Positions 1 to 15,288 are shown, numbered from the whole stretch's first letter. The stretch is 63,271 bases of DNA, filler included, from Octopus bimaculoides (GCF_001194135.2; 5 parts of 5 records of this genome joined end to end with filler, not necessarily neighbours in it), one strand, 5' to 3'. The notes: a model not told the origin generated them from the sequence alone. Made by a program: numbers and translations.

Positions 1-49
<49 letters not shown>

Positions 50-1475
50 GTGTAGAACAAAGAAAAACGATTATTGGAGGAAACAAGTGATGGGTTGTGT
101 CCGCCAAATATTTTAACAACCATCGCTAATTTGGATAAGCTTGTTAGCCTAGGAGGAGAGTGGAGTGCGGACATTGTAGGCGAAACAATTCTTTGGAGAG
201 AGGACAATTTCACTGAATGAATCGTGATGACTCGGAGTATTCAAGATTTTCTCTCGTTTATTTTAGACATTAGTATTTCTATCTCTCTACGGTTGAAAAA
301 CGTCTAAGAATTTGCAGACTTTACAAGACAGTGTATACATAGTTAGTTTAGTGATTCCACGAATGCACACAAATACACACACACACAGACACACACACAC
401 AGACGCGCGCGCGCATATGCATATGTTTACTTATGTTAGAGGAATAGGAAAACTTTTTCGGATTGAGCTTTCATTCTCTTGGTCCTTCAGTCAACCCTGA
501 CGTAAGCAAATTGAAAGGAAAAAAACGATGGGTATGTCTTTTAGCGATGCAAGCGGGATGTAAATCGTTGAGGGTCTGGTGGTGTCTCTAATGTATAGAA
601 TAGATCCTCTTTGGAGGCTCCGACGAAGAATTTAGGCCAATGGCAGATCGTTGCAATTCATTCAAATTAAATTTTGAAGAATGCGATAATTTTATTAGCA
701 ACATATTTTTACCGCAAGTAAAGAAAGAAAAGAAAAACATTAAAAGTAAGATCAAATTATCGAGAAAAATAAAACTACATCACCAAGGTAACAGAGAAAA
801 AGAAAAGAGGGATGGGAATTAAGCAGAAGAAGATGGTGGAGGGAGTAACGGGTTTCACCCCTCCCCACGGAACAAATGGTGTGCTTAGCCACACGTAGAC
901 ATGATTGCAAAGGCGTTGCCATGGAGAATGGTCAGTGACACTCGCTGCAACAACCGCCTCATGGGACTCATTTCTCAGACGGGCCACAGTTATTCCGGCG
1001 AAATTTGTATGCAAAAAAAAAAAAAAAAAAAAATCTATGATCCGTTGCTAAATGCATGTGTTTTATTTCACACTACCAATGGGTTGAAAGTGCTTGAAAG
1101 TGCTTTGGTTTTGATACTTGTTTTAACCAGAACAAGGCAGAGATGAACTATCTGTTGCATGAAATACGTGTAGGGCCATAAAAAGGCACGATGCAAACGT
1201 TTTGCAATTAAGTATAGGACGGAGTAGGGGAGGATGTTGTGAAATTGCCAAAATATTGAGCTTCACCTAAAGGTCAAATGTCCTGAAATTGGTATAATAT
1301 TATGTAGTTATAAGTAGTACTTATCTCAACAAGAAAAACATCACCAAGCTGCATAGGATTTATAGAGTACGCCTTCAAATGTAAATTACTCAAGTACAAC
1401 AGTTCATTCTGTCACAGAAATCTAGAAAACACTATAGCGTTATTAAAGCATGTTTGGAAATGAAAAGACACTGAA

Positions 1476-1758
1476 GGCGCGTGGCTTAGTGGTTAGGGCA
1501 TTCGGCTCAGGATTGTAAGGTCGTGAGTTCAATTCCCGGCGACGTGTTGTGTCCTTGAGCAAGACACTTTATTTCACGTTGCTACAGTCCACTTAGCTGG
1601 CAAAATGAGTAGTACCTGTCACGCTGAATCTCCCCGAGAACTACGTTAGGGGTACACGTGTCTGTGGAGTGCTCAGCCACTTGCACGTTAATTTCACGAG
1701 CAAGCTGTTCCGTTGATCATATCAGCTGGGGCCCTCGACGTCGTAAGCGACAGAGTGC
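1476..1758 (+). mobile_element. tRNA-derived SINE, family B
   Basis: A box TGGCTTAGTGG and B box GAGTTCAATTCC; the body recurs elsewhere in the window. Confidence 0.85.
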
Positions 1759-2174
1759 TCCTCATCAAAAGACAACTCAGAGAAAATTACCATTTCATAG
1801 ACAATGTTAGATAGGGTAGAGTCAGCGTTGAAGGTGGGATCAAAGTGTTGTGGATACTGTTTTACAGACAAGATCTATATCAGTCACTGCTCTACTTCAA
1901 TCTTAAAGAATTATGACCAAGCTATTTCCAACTGATCGACACATGTAAGGAGCACTCCACTCAAGTAATCCCTGACAATTGACGGCAAATTGTAACGATT
2001 TATACCGCTTACAACTCTTTCAGTGATTATACCCGTGCACGGTCGAAGAAGGAGCCGGACGAACGAAACATTGGGTAACGAAATAATAATGTTTCTCTCA
2101 CATAGAAATAAACTTAATATTAGATTATACAAATTCCTAACCCAGTGGTTTTTGTGCACACAAAACAAAACAAT

Positions 2175-2413
2175 CTCTCTATGTATGTATGCATGTATGT
2201 ATGTATGCATGTATGCATGCATGTATGTATGTATGTATGTATGTATGTATGTCTGCTTGACTGTGTGTTTGCCTTTGAATGTCGCTGTGCCCACATGCAT
2301 GTCTGTCCCTTTGTGTCAAAAACTCGAATTTACACTATTCCGATTGATTAACTGTTTATCTCTAACCTGCCTTCCCTTTTGGCTCTACTTCTCCACATCT
2401 CACTCTTCATTCC

Positions 2414-2486
<73 letters not shown>

Positions 2487-3070
2487 CAAGAGCGAGAGAG
2501 AGAGAGAGAGAGAGACCGAGAAAGTGAGAGGGAGAGAGATAGAGAGAGAGAGATAGATGGAGACGAGAGATAAAGAGTGAATCAACCGTTAATAAAATCG
2601 AGTGAATTCGAGAAGATTTTGGCACAAAGAGACAGGCATGTTTATAATATGGACACAACAACCTTCAGTTAATTCTAGAAAACCAACGTTGAAATAATGT
2701 CTATTTGATCCAACTGTGGGCATTTTAACCTCCCCAAAGTAATATAAAGCTGAAACTGTAAGCGTTAACGCCCCTATCAGATTTACGAATATCAGACGAA
2801 TATATAACCTAAATACTGCTGGCATGCACCATAATCTTGTAATATTAACTTTTAATGTTTCATTGTACAAGGAAAACTTTGAAATAAAGGAAGTCATTAT
2901 ATAGGCGCTGGCTGTGTAGTAAGAAGTTTGCCTCTCAACCACATCGTTACGAGTTCAATCCCAACGCATGGGATTGAACTTCTGTGAATGTCTTCTACTG
3001 TAGCCTCGGGCCGACCAAAGTCATGTAAATGGATTTGGTTGACGGAAACTGAAAGAAGCCCGTCATATAT

Positions 3071-3118
<48 letters not shown>

Positions 3119-3325
3119 TTATGCACACATACATACTCATGCACACAGGCATATATATTTACATGCACATACACAAACACACACACACACATATATATTT
3201 ATACACATGCGCATATATACACATATACACACGCACATATATACACATATATACACATATATACACATATACTCCGTACTTACATATATATACACACACA
3301 TATAAATTTACACACACACACATAC

Positions 3326-3364
<39 letters not shown>

Positions 3365-3437
3365 TACACACACACAAATACATATAAATTTATACACACA
3401 CATTAACATAAATATATATATATATATNNNNNNNNNN

Positions 3438-3476
<39 letters not shown>

Positions 3477-3535
3477 CACACACACACACATACACACACA
3501 CACACACACACAAATACTTATAAATTTATACACAC
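2175..3535. repeat. Cluster of (TATG)n, (CA)n, (GA)n and (AT)n microsatellites, representative of dozens across the window
   Basis: Directly visible. Confidence 0.95.
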
Positions 3536-4621
3536 ACATATACACATGTCCACACGAAATCAAATATAAATCTAAAGCAATGAAACGCTCCCAGTTGCTG
3601 CTCTGTCGCTGTTAAAACACGTTGCGTATTCCGAGGCCTAATATCACAAAGCAGCAGGCATTCTGACCTCGGAGCCAGATCCTGTTTGAACGAAGAGTTT
3701 CATGGGAAAACGATATGATATATGACCACAGGCACATATAGCATGATATGTGTGCCTGTGTGTGTGTGTATCAAGCTAGATAGAAAGTAAGATGAAGATG
3801 TCGAGAGTGGAAGAGCGAGAGAAAAGGAATACATGAAATAGAGAGATAGACAGAAAGAGACACGCGCGCATGCACACGCACACGGGGCGAGAGAGTCATA
3901 TATTTCGCGCATAAGTAGGGGCTAGATATATCTGGTTTCTATCGTCGATAAGCTGCAAATATGTTTACGAGCGTTTAGTTGTTTTGCCGTTTCCGATGTC
4001 AACCAGAAGAAGCCTCTGTTGTCGTTTTAGGCGCCACTTAAAAACGATCGAAGAATTTGAAAGGCAAGAGGAAGAAAATTGCATTGAGGAAGCTGAAGTG
4101 AAGTTCTCTTGTCAGAACTGTGTGGAGAATTCCAGGAGAAACAAATAATGATCGCTGATACTGGTGACCTCTAAGTGTAAATAGATTTGCTAGAAATAGC
4201 AAACAAATCTTCCCTAAATCACATACTTCCGTATTAAGCAAGGAAATAATGTAATCTAAGATATACTTATATTTGAAAATATGACAGAATGGTCATGGTT
4301 GAGAAGCTATTGATCATCTTTCTGGAAGGACCTGGTACGAATGAATAGTTCTTTTAGGCACGAGGCCTACAATTTTAGGGGAGAGACAGCCGATGAAATC
4401 GATCTCCAACTCTTGATTGATATCGATCTCTGAAAGATTAGAACCGAAGTTAAACTCAGCGGGATTTGAACTCGGGATATAAAGAGTCAGAACAAAAGCT
4501 GCAATCTCACAGATAATTCTACCAATCCACAGCAACTTCGTGGCACGAAATCATTACAATTGTTTATCTTTGAGGTGGTCAACTTCTTTCGAGGAAACAC
4601 CATCACCTTCACCCTTCAACC

Positions 4622-4700
<79 letters not shown>

Positions 4701-6018
4701 GTAGTAGTAGTGAGATAAAAACTGCCAGGGTCCGAAACATGCTCGTTGATTTCTTTTGTTGGGGATGTCAAGACTTTAGATTTGCGGTGGAGTCTTTCCT
4801 CAGCTAAATCTCAACGTGCGCGGTACTTTTGATGTATTTACAAATATTCTAATCGATATCCAGGTTGGATAAGTTATATTTACACATGTATTTACATGAC
4901 GTGTTTGTGAATGTGGTCGTTGAATCGAAGTGTTTTTATTTAATATATGGATTTCAAAAGTTCTCGTCTCATTTGCCGATTCTTTGATTTCTCAATAGCC
5001 ATGCCGGATATTCAGCCAACTCTCTTGACATGTTCTCAGCATATTCACAACAAAGACAACTGGATTTAGCAATGTTAGCACTTCCACCATTCTACTTCTC
5101 CAAGACAATTCAAAGTTGAGATTATATTTAAAACAAAATACACATTCATTTCCTGAATAGCCATAAACGTTTTCGTCCTAAATTCTCTGTGTGTGTTAAT
5201 GTTTAACTTGGTCAGGGCTCATCTATTCTCCTGTGTACGATACATTTCGTTTCACAAATAAATATCTAAAATAATAAATAGAAAATGTTTCTAAAAGGAA
5301 ATATGAGATAAGTACACAGGAATACATTATCGAGCGACACGTGGACAAGAATTAGAGCAGTAGCGACATCATAAAGTCCGTGCCTTCATTTCCCGGGAGA
5401 AAACTCGACTCTTTCTCTATTCCGAGAGAAAAACAAAAAGATAAAAAATATTAAAAAAAAAACACCCTTTGAAAGGTGTCGGATTTACAAGGCTGGATTT
5501 AATTTTTGGAGTTAGTTTCAATAATCTTCCATAGTTAAAATAAAACTGTGACAAACAAGCGTAGGTCTCTGAGAGAAGTGGTTCCTACTGGTGTTAAGTA
5601 CTTTCTATTTTGGTTGGTTAAACGTATTCCAGAATGGGAACAGTTTGAATTGAAGATAAATTTTATTGCCTTTCTTAATTCACCAACACCACACACGCAG
5701 AGCCACGTGCGCGCGCAACACACACAGACACACACACACGCATCCACATACAGTTTGGCATAAATATAAGAAGATTTTATTACATAGGCGTGTAATATCA
5801 GAGTTTCAGATACGGGGAATAAGAATTATAACTTTGATGTTGTTCTCAGGGGCATTTTATGCTGAAATGAACGTGAATTTAACAGCGAAACAAAAATTAG
5901 ATTGCAGACATGTTTCGTGCAATACTTATCATTTCCTCTTAGCACTTAACAAATAGTAATAGGAACCCCGTTACACACTGTCTGTCTGTCTGTCTGTCGC
6001 TTCTTCTCTTTCTTTGTG

Positions 6019-6098
<80 letters not shown>

Positions 6099-8035
6099 AG
6101 GAAAATAGGACAAGGTAGAAAATGCCAAAATACTTTTATCATGAAGAGCATTTTAGTACCGGTTTCAGTCTTATCGACTTTTTCAACATAGAATAAAGCA
6201 TGAAAAACAATTAAATTATGGAAAAATTGAATGATATGTGTTTTCGAAAATATTTCCATAGTTTTCAAATACNNNNNNNNNNNNNNNNNNNNNNNNNNNN
6301 NNNNNNNNNNNNNNNNNNNNNNNNNNNNNNNNNNNNNNNNNNNNNNNNNNNNNNNNNNNNNNNNNNNNNNNNNNNNNNNNNNNNNNNNNNNNNNNNNNNN
6401 NNNNNNNNNNNNNNNNNNNNNNNNNNNNNNNNNNNNNNNNNNNNNNNNNNNNNNNNNNNNNNNNNNNNNNNNNNNNNNNNNNNNNNNNNNNNNNNNNNNN
6501 NNNNNNNNNNNNNNNNNNNNNNNNNNNNNNNNNNNNNNNNNNNNNNNNNNNNNNNNNNNNNNNNNTATATATATATATATATATATATATATCACATGTC
6601 AAGGTGCATGGCCTAGGGCGGCACGTTGTGTTCCTGAGCAAAGCACTTCATTTCACGTTGCTCCAGTCCACTCAACTGTAAGTGGGTCACCCTGCGACGG
6701 GATAGCTCTTCGATTAAGGGGAAATGTTGGCCTGCTCACCTAGGCAGCGGAGTGGCATTATTTGAAAGCTAAAATCAATGCAAAGCGCATTGTGACCAAT
6801 GATAAGCGATAACGCCTGATAATCCGGTCGATACCGTGATACCGTGATATCTTACATACATGAAAGCATGCGTTTTGTAGGGATTAAGGACGACTTCAAG
6901 ACAAAAAGGTCTTCGTTTAACTGAATGTATTAACCACTTTATCTTATGGTCGATTTTCTCCCGAACCAAATACTCAAAGGAAGCCATTGGCAGGACACAA
7001 CGAACCAACTGGACTTTCTGTTCTATGTTTAAGCCATGAATTCTCCAACCATTCATTGGTGGGAGGAAGGCAGATGCTACATCCATTGGAAGACTTGTTG
7101 ACACCAATGCCATCCATACAGCTGCTATTCTGCAGAAGTTCCGTGGAGACAGGAAGGGAGCTGTAACGGGTTCTAGTTCGACGGGAAGAAAGTTTGCATT
7201 AAATATTTAGAAGAGAGTTAGATTGGGTAAGACAAAATAGGGAAGACGAAAGGAGGGAGAAATATAATTTGGTAGGCCACAGCAGATGAGACAACGGTTT
7301 ATAGTTCGGAGATGGAACCAAAATGATAACGGTATAAAAGAGTGAAGTGAGACTTCCAGAATGTTCAATTGTTATTCTTTACCGCACTAAACGGCCTCTA
7401 TTTTGAGACGTGTGTGTGTTACAACACGCAATAAACTGAATAATCTACGAAGACTATAAGAAATGCAATTTAATGACTTGTAGTGATGAATCTTACACAC
7501 ACATACACACACACAAACAGACACACACACACACACACACACAGACACACACTAACACACACACGCACACGCGCACTCACACGCACACACTCATAGACAC
7601 ACAGACACTCACAGACACATGCCCATTTGAGTGCATGTATGATTTTCCTGTGCAATTATTGTCGGTCTGGCCCTGATATATTTAGCAACAGTATGAGATA
7701 CAGATGTGGCGGAAGGCCCCATTTCTAAACTGGCTGCAGCAGATGTCATGGATTTGGTTACAGCTCTGTGGATATCGTCTATGCATCAATGGAGAGAAGA
7801 ATTAATTCCTAAACTCTAACAACTTCTAGTAGCAAACATATGGCAAGTTTTACCCGAAATTCTTTCATATCTCCTTCACACTATCTCTCTTTCTCTCTCC
7901 CAACACACAGACACACACAATATGCATATATATATATATATATATATANNNNNNNNNNNNNNNNNNNNNNNNNNNNNNNNNNNNNNNNNNNNNNNNNNNN
8001 NNNNNNNNNNNNNNNNNNNNNNNNNNNNNNNNNNN

Positions 8036-8083
<48 letters not shown>

Positions 8084-8565
8084 CATGAGTGTGTGTGTAT
8101 GCATGCATATATATACATACGATTCTAAACTAGGGGACCAATGCTTCTGTACACACAACGCCCCCACCTCGCCTTTAAGGAGGCAAGGTGCAAAGCTATT
8201 AAAAGCTAATTAGCGATAAATATCCAGCGAGTCTGTTTATAAAAACAAACGGTTGTCCTCAGTTAATGTCTTCGCAAACATCATCGCGGTTTCTAAGGTT
8301 TCTATCGAATGCCACCTGTGCCTCCAACTCTTCAAAATCTCCAGGAACCTCTTGGATTGTATTGAAGCCAGTGTTTATGTTCAGAGTCAGCAGTGTTCAG
8401 AGCCGACAGGAAAACCTTCCTCTTCACAATCTCCAGCAGCACTTTTTGTTTATGTGACGAATATAATCAACTAATGCGGTGAATGGTAGTTGATTACATA
8501 CATACATACATACATACATACATTATCTCTCTCTCTCTCTCTCACTCTCTCTCTCACTCTCTTTC

Positions 8566-8632
<67 letters not shown>

Positions 8633-10879
8633 GTGTGCGTGTGTGTGCGCGTATTAGTGCTTTCGATAGTTTTTTATTCGTTTCTCCCCTTTCTCTGACG
8701 AAATGGTTACGATTTTCGCTTCGTGAATCTAGCGTCGACCGTTGCCTTATGAATGAAATTGGGTAGATGGAAACTGTATAGAATCCCAAAGGGCAGACTG
8801 TATTTGTAATTCTAAGAGTACAGACATGCTACCCACTGTGTCACACTGATTCTGTCTGTTAAAGGCACACGCAGGAAATAGCAGTAAAATGGTGTCGTTA
8901 AATTAGTTGTGGTTTGCCTGTGACTACTTTGAATTCCGTAAAATCAAGAAAGGGTTAGATAATGTTCATTCGCTTGATTTGTTGAAGGAGCAATTGTACC
9001 ATCAGAATGATTCTGGAGAGATTGGGTCACACAAGATGACCTTAGATTCATGACACAATGATGAAGATTTTACTAGACTCGTCAATCGAATAGCTACGTC
9101 CATGTCAACAACAAAAGTGATTATTTTGTATCATGAACAAGATTCTCTTTAAAGGGATGAAAAATTAGTAGCAATTTCGATAGGATTTGAACTCGAAACA
9201 TAATCAAATTCGATTTACTTCGGTGTTCTACCGTCTCAACCATCTTTCGCACTTCTAACGGGAAGTATTGCTTCCGTTTGATAATGTAGAATACTCTGTG
9301 TAACATCGGCGGTATGTTGAGAAGTATAATTCTAGTGAAATGGCTTGATTCATAGATCAAAGTTACGTCAAGTTCTCGTCCCGACGAGAGTTTGATTCTG
9401 GCCTTACAGCGTATTTTTATCTTATTCATTTCCATACAACAAAATCTGTCAAATGAAAAGAATATCTCTTCAAGCATACGTTTTCTTGCATATTTGGTTT
9501 GAAAGGGTGAAAAAGGTGAATATCTCTAAGAATTATAATAAAGCAAGGGTTTAATAGATGAATGAACTGCGTGGGACATGGCAGATATTAAAAGAAACTG
9601 GTTGTCACAAACAAAAGAAGGCAAGATTCAGGCCCGTTGATGTAATAATCAGCCTAGTGTACTTGCAGGAGATATTTGAATAATAATCTAAAGAAATAAT
9701 ATTAATGGAAGACAATGCAGCAGAACTAGAAAACAATCCCTTTGCATCGTAGCCTTTCAACTGACTACTTCCGGTCATAAGACTGGACAAAGTAATTGTT
9801 TATAAAGCCACTCAGCTTTACTAGCCATTGATGTTTTCTCTGTCATGAATCTCATATTAATGGCGTTGGAATGTTGAATGGGAGATTTTTCTTTCAATTA
9901 TAGTGAAAGGAAGGGCGAAGAACTGTTTCTGAATCTTGTCAGCTTAAATTGAACTTGGCTACGCATCTCTATACGTTAACACGCATCAAAGATTGACGTT
10001 GCAGGAAATTGTCGAAGAATCAGGTTATATAGCGCTTTGACCTCTAAAGAAAGAAATTCATTCGTAAATCACAAGAAATTGAATTTTAAATAAACAGAAA
10101 AGTACAGTTCGATCGTTGTGAAATACTTAAAATCCGATAAATTGTCTGGTGACAGAGAGATGAGATGATGAAAATTAATTGAGATTGTTTTAAGGTTAGG
10201 TATCGGAAACGTATAAAACCAACCTTTTTGTCGATATCTTTTATAAATACTACTTTTATGCAGTGAAGACAAACAGCCTGTAGTTTAGTGACGTCAAGTG
10301 AGCCAACTTCCCGACTCACTCTCGAAACTAGATTGAAGATATTTCACTTCCGGTTGTTAATTCTATCAGAGCATAAACACTACAAAGCTTCGCTTCACTC
10401 ATTTACTTTATTAAGGTATTTTCAGGACCAAAGAACATTATAATGTTCCATATAACAATGGAAAGTTACAAGAGAGGCAAGAACAGGAGACTTGTATGTC
10501 TCTTCTGCTATTTAAGTCTTGTCTTCTCTATATTTCGTGTTCAAATCTGATCGCTGTTCAATTTTAATTCTCATCTCACTAAAGTCAATACGTTTACCAT
10601 TAGTAACATTCTGGGACTAATTCGGATCAATTCAAACAACTCAGTAAATGATCTTCCATATAGTAAGAGGGATTATTGATCTTCAAGTGGCTGATGTCAT
10701 TTTGTAGTTGATAGGTTTTGCAGTATAAGAGTGTGATATATCAGCATTCAGATAAAATTCATATAGATACTACCCATAGTACTATCTACACACGAACACG
10801 CGCGCGCACACACACACACGCACACACAGATACACATACACACACAGCGCGCATACGCACGCATGGTATATGGACGGGA

Positions 10880-11525
10880 TGCCGAACGCACTTTTGCCGA
10901 AGGACACGAAGTCGAAGCTAAGAAGCCGAACGGACACAATGCCAAACGGACACAATGCCGAACGGACACAATTCCGAACGGACTCAATGCCGAACGGACA
11001 CGATGCCGAACGGACACAATGCCGAACGGACACAATGTCAAACGGACACAATGCCGAACGGACACAAAGCCAAACGGACACGATACCGAACGGACACGAT
11101 TTCAAATGGACACAATGCCAAACGGACACAATGTNNNNNNNNNNNNNNNNNNNNNNNNNNNNNNNNNNNNNNNNNNNNNNNNNNNNNNNNNNNNNNNNNN
11201 NNNNNNNNNNNNNNNNNNNNNNNNNNNNNNNNNNNNNNNNNNNNNNNNNNNNNNNNNNNNNNNNNNNNNNNNNNNNNNNNNNNNNNNNNNNNNNNNNNNN
11301 NNNNNNNNNNNNNNNNNNNNNNNNNNNNNNNNNNNNNNNNNNNNNNNNNNNNNNNNNNNNNNNAACGGACACAATGCCAAACGGACACGATACCGAACGG
11401 ACACGATTTCAAATGGACACAATGCCAAACGGACACAATGCCAAACGGACACGATACCGAACGGACACGATTTCAAATGGACACAATGCCAAACGGACAC
11501 AATGTCGAACGGACACAATGCCGAG
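10880..11525 (+). repeat. 16-bp minisatellite (CCGAACGGACACAATG) with a 64-bp higher-order period, spanning an N-gap
   Basis: Head-to-tail units with no spacers; the variant CGATACCG recurs at 11388 and 11452. Confidence 0.95.
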
Positions 11526-12315
11526 GAACCAGAGTTCCCAAAACATAGACTCGATTAATATACAGAGTGGCCCAAAATATTAGACGATGAAGGATTGCCA
11601 AATGATGTTAGACATATCAATAGAGATAGCGTTAGAATAACTATATCTCTATATATATGTTTGTATATTAATTGCAAACATTGGCACAAAACCATACTAT
11701 TTACTTGGTGTGTGCGTGGTTATATTGAACTAAATCGATTAAATCAACACCAGTGATTGACTGGTATTTTATTCCATCGATCTGGGAAGAACGAAATATA
11801 AAGAATGATTAGATGGATCAATTATTATAGGAGTTCAGTTAATTGAATCTATCTCAGTGTGTTTTAAGCTAATAAAATTATACTAGACCAGAAAAAAAAC
11901 TCTAGCTCTCCAATCTTATCATATGCGATAAATCAATTTCTGATTTTGTCTTGTTGGTTTGGTTTATGCTCAATTGTAGGCTAGAAGACATCTGAAGTAA
12001 ACTCAGAAAACATTAATTGCCTGTCGTAGGGATTCGGATTATCTCCGTCTCAAACTCAAAAAAAGAAGGAACAGAATATTCGGCCCGAAAGAATCAGAGA
12101 TCTTTCATGTCCAAAAATTCAAAATTATTTTCGTGGAAAGAATGATATGAAACGTTGGAGAAGAAGTGATGAACAATATGAAGAACTGAAAGAGAGGCGG
12201 TTCATAAATGTACTCACTGAATAAGTAGATACATTCACCTCGACAACGTCTGAAAGATAATAATGTCTACATATCAATTGAAAGGTGTGTAGGATATCGT
12301 TGATGAAAGGCGTAC

Positions 12316-12538
12316 TCTTACTCTTTTACTCTTTTACTTGTTTCAGTCATTTGACTGCGGCCATGCTGGAGCACCGCCTTTAGTCGAGCAAATCGACCCT
12401 AGGACTTATTCTTTGTAAGCCTAGTACTTATTCTATCGGTCTCTTTTGCCGAACCGCTAAGTTACGGGGACGTAAACACACCAGCATCGGTTGTCAAGCG
12501 GTGTTGGTGGGGTGGGGGACAAACACAGACACACACAG

Positions 12539-12575
<37 letters not shown>

Positions 12576-12653
12576 CGACGGGCTTCTTTCAGTTTCCGTC
12601 TACCAAATCCACCCACAAGGCTTTGGTCGGCCCGAGGCTATAGTAGAAGACAC
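12316..12653 (-). mobile_element. tRNA-derived SINE, family A (cut by a gap)
   Basis: Reverse complement of the family-A body with its internal (AT)/(GT) tract and GAGTAAAA tail. Confidence 0.85.
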
Positions 12654-12753
12654 NNNNNNNNNNNNNNNNNNNNNNNNNNNNNNNNNNNNNNNNNNNNTTA
12701 ATTAATTAANNNNNNNNNNNNNNNNNNNNNNNNNNNNNNNNNNNNNNNNNNNN
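12654..12753. other. Artificial assembly joint: 44 N + TTAATTAATTAA + 44 N
   Basis: The identical linker occurs at 12698, 22794, 51833 and 61363; it has stops in all frames. Confidence 0.9.
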
Positions 12754-12757
12754 AAAT

Positions 12758-12797
<40 letters not shown>

Positions 12798-13469
12798 ATA
12801 CATATATATACATACATACACATATATATGTGTGTGTCTGAGCTTCTCAGCTAGTTTACGTGTGAATGTGTGTATTTGTCTGAGTGTGACTTTGTTTGAG
12901 GGTGGGTTTGAGAAAGAGAAAGAGAGAAAGAGAAATAGGGACGACAATGTTGCCAAAAATGTCAAATTAACTTCTGTAGGGATTCTTTTTAGCTCTTTGA
13001 TGTGTATGTCTGTATGCATGTGTGGTTGTGTGTCCCTGTGTGTGTGTGTGTGTGTGTTCGTCAGTATTTGTTCGAGTACATGTATGTGCATGTGTGTGAA
13101 TGTATTAGGTGTGTGTGTACACGTGAGTACGCGTGCTTGTGATAGGGAGAGAATGAGAGAAAGAGAGAAAGAGTTAGAGTAGAGCCTGCCCATCCCGGTT
13201 ATGCTTCAAGAACCACCCTTGTTAATACGACCTAATTCTAACAGGATCGAGTGGTTATGAACATCCCGGATACTCAATCATCCAGCCGGCCAATAGGAAT
13301 ACCCCACCAGCTCATCCCCACCACTCCCACCACCATCATGACTTGTTGTAGGTCGTAGGTCAAGTTTTGTCGTGTTAGTAACGAACGAAAAGTGACAAAA
13401 TTTTCAAAAGCAATCGAAATACGCCCAGCGATTCGGGGTTTGTGGGGTGGAATCAAATAAAAATTCATC

Positions 13470-14470
13470 GATATCAGCATCATCACTATCATCATCATCA
13501 TTATCGTCATTAACATCGCCACATTCTCTCTGAGGTCAACGCAACCACTACAACCGTCACCAACACCACAAAAATGCCATCATCATCATCATCATCATCA
13601 CCATCATCACCATCATTAGCATCGTCACTATCATCATCGTCATCATCATTATCATCATCGCCCCACGGTGACGATGGCGAAGGCGATGACAAAGGCGAAC
13701 GCTACCAACACCACCACCCCACCACCAGCACAACCACCGCCATCATCGTTATCATCATCGTCATCATCATCATCGTCATCATCATCATCATCGTCATCAT
13801 CGTCATCGTCATCATCGTCATCGTCATCATCATCATCGTCATCATCGTCATCGTCATCATCGTCATCGTCATCATCATCATCGTCATCATCATCATCGTC
13901 ATCATCATCNNNNNNNNNNNNNNNNNNNNNNNNNNNNNNNNNNNNNNNNNNNNNNNNNNNNNNNNNNNNNNNNNNNNNNNNNNNNNNNNNNNNNNNNNNN
14001 NNNNNNNNNNNNNNNNNNNNNNNNNNNNNNNNNNNNNNNNNNNNNNNNNNNNNNNNNNNNNNNNNNNNNNNNNNNNNNNNNNNNNNNNNNNNNNNNNCAC
14101 CACCACCACCACCACCACCACCACCACTACCACCACCACCACTACCACCACAACCATCACTACTACCATTACTGTCATCACAACTGCCAACGCCACATCA
14201 TAAGCCACCACTAGTTGTCGCTAGCGCTGACTCCCCCCCCCATCCCCCGCCTCTGTCATCACATCAATAGCTGCCCCGCGCTCGACCCACACATGCCGTC
14301 ACCAACATCTTTGTCATCAAACCCACACGTATTATCGCTATCATTGCCGTCAACACCAACGCCATATGTCACCACCATCTCAATAACATTCAATAGCACC
14401 ACCACCACCACCACCACAACCACTACCACCTTCACTATCAACATCATCATCAACGTCATCATCATCATCG

Positions 14471-14501
<31 letters not shown>

Positions 14502-14843
14502 TATCATCATTATCTCAATTATACCTTTCTGGTCAGAAACATCAACCAACCGACACATTTAATGTGGTCAATCACCACTACAACCGCCGCTGCTTTTATC
14601 GGCATAAACAAAACCACCACCACTATCACTGCCACCACCACCACCACCACTGCCACCACCACCACCACCACCACCAACACCACCACCACTGCTATGATTA
14701 TCACCAACTTCATCAATATTCACTCTTAAGACACACATAATAGCCCAGACATTTTACTAGGCCTACTCGTTCTCCCTCGACTCCTCCCACACAACCACCA
14801 CAAGTAATATCACCCTTCAACTACAATTACCACTACTACTACT

Positions 14844-14895
<52 letters not shown>

Positions 14896-15046
14896 GCTGT
14901 TGCTGCTGTGACTCTCACAGCCGGCCTTATCTTCACTTAATATGCATTACATTTCTTTTTTTTTTTTTTTGCAACCACCATTACTACCGCCACCCCGATC
15001 CCGACTACCACCGCCNNNNNNNNNNGCCATTCACCAGCACAACCGC

Positions 15047-15101
<55 letters not shown>

Positions 15102-15250
15102 GTCATCATCATCATCACTAGCAGCGACTGCAGCAGCAGCAGTTACAGCAAAGCAGCGTAAACATGGCCATCGCCGTTGTTCAACCATGGACCTTGCGTC
15201 CCACCGAACACATATCTCACATTTGCAGGCGACGGTATCAACTCTGTCAA

Positions 15251-15288
<38 letters not shown>

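Noticed and set aside
1476-1540. tRNA-like A and B boxes
   Set aside because: They are heads of repeated SINEs; no complete cloverleaf is evident, so they are not called as tRNA genes.
312-8698. Many HT/CV/YI-repeat ORFs here and elsewhere in the window
   Set aside because: These are translations of (CA)n, (AT)n and (TATG)n tracts.
10880-11525. CRISPR-like appearance and 200+ aa ORFs of the 16-bp repeat
   Set aside because: Units are contiguous with no unique spacers, there are no cas genes, and the context is eukaryotic. The ORFs arise from a stop-free unit plus Ns.
12698-12709. TTAATTAATTAA islands inside N runs (also 22794, 51833 and 61363)
   Set aside because: The identical 44N-linker-44N format marks an artificial scaffold joint, not biology. 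Order and orientation across these joints is not sequence-supported.
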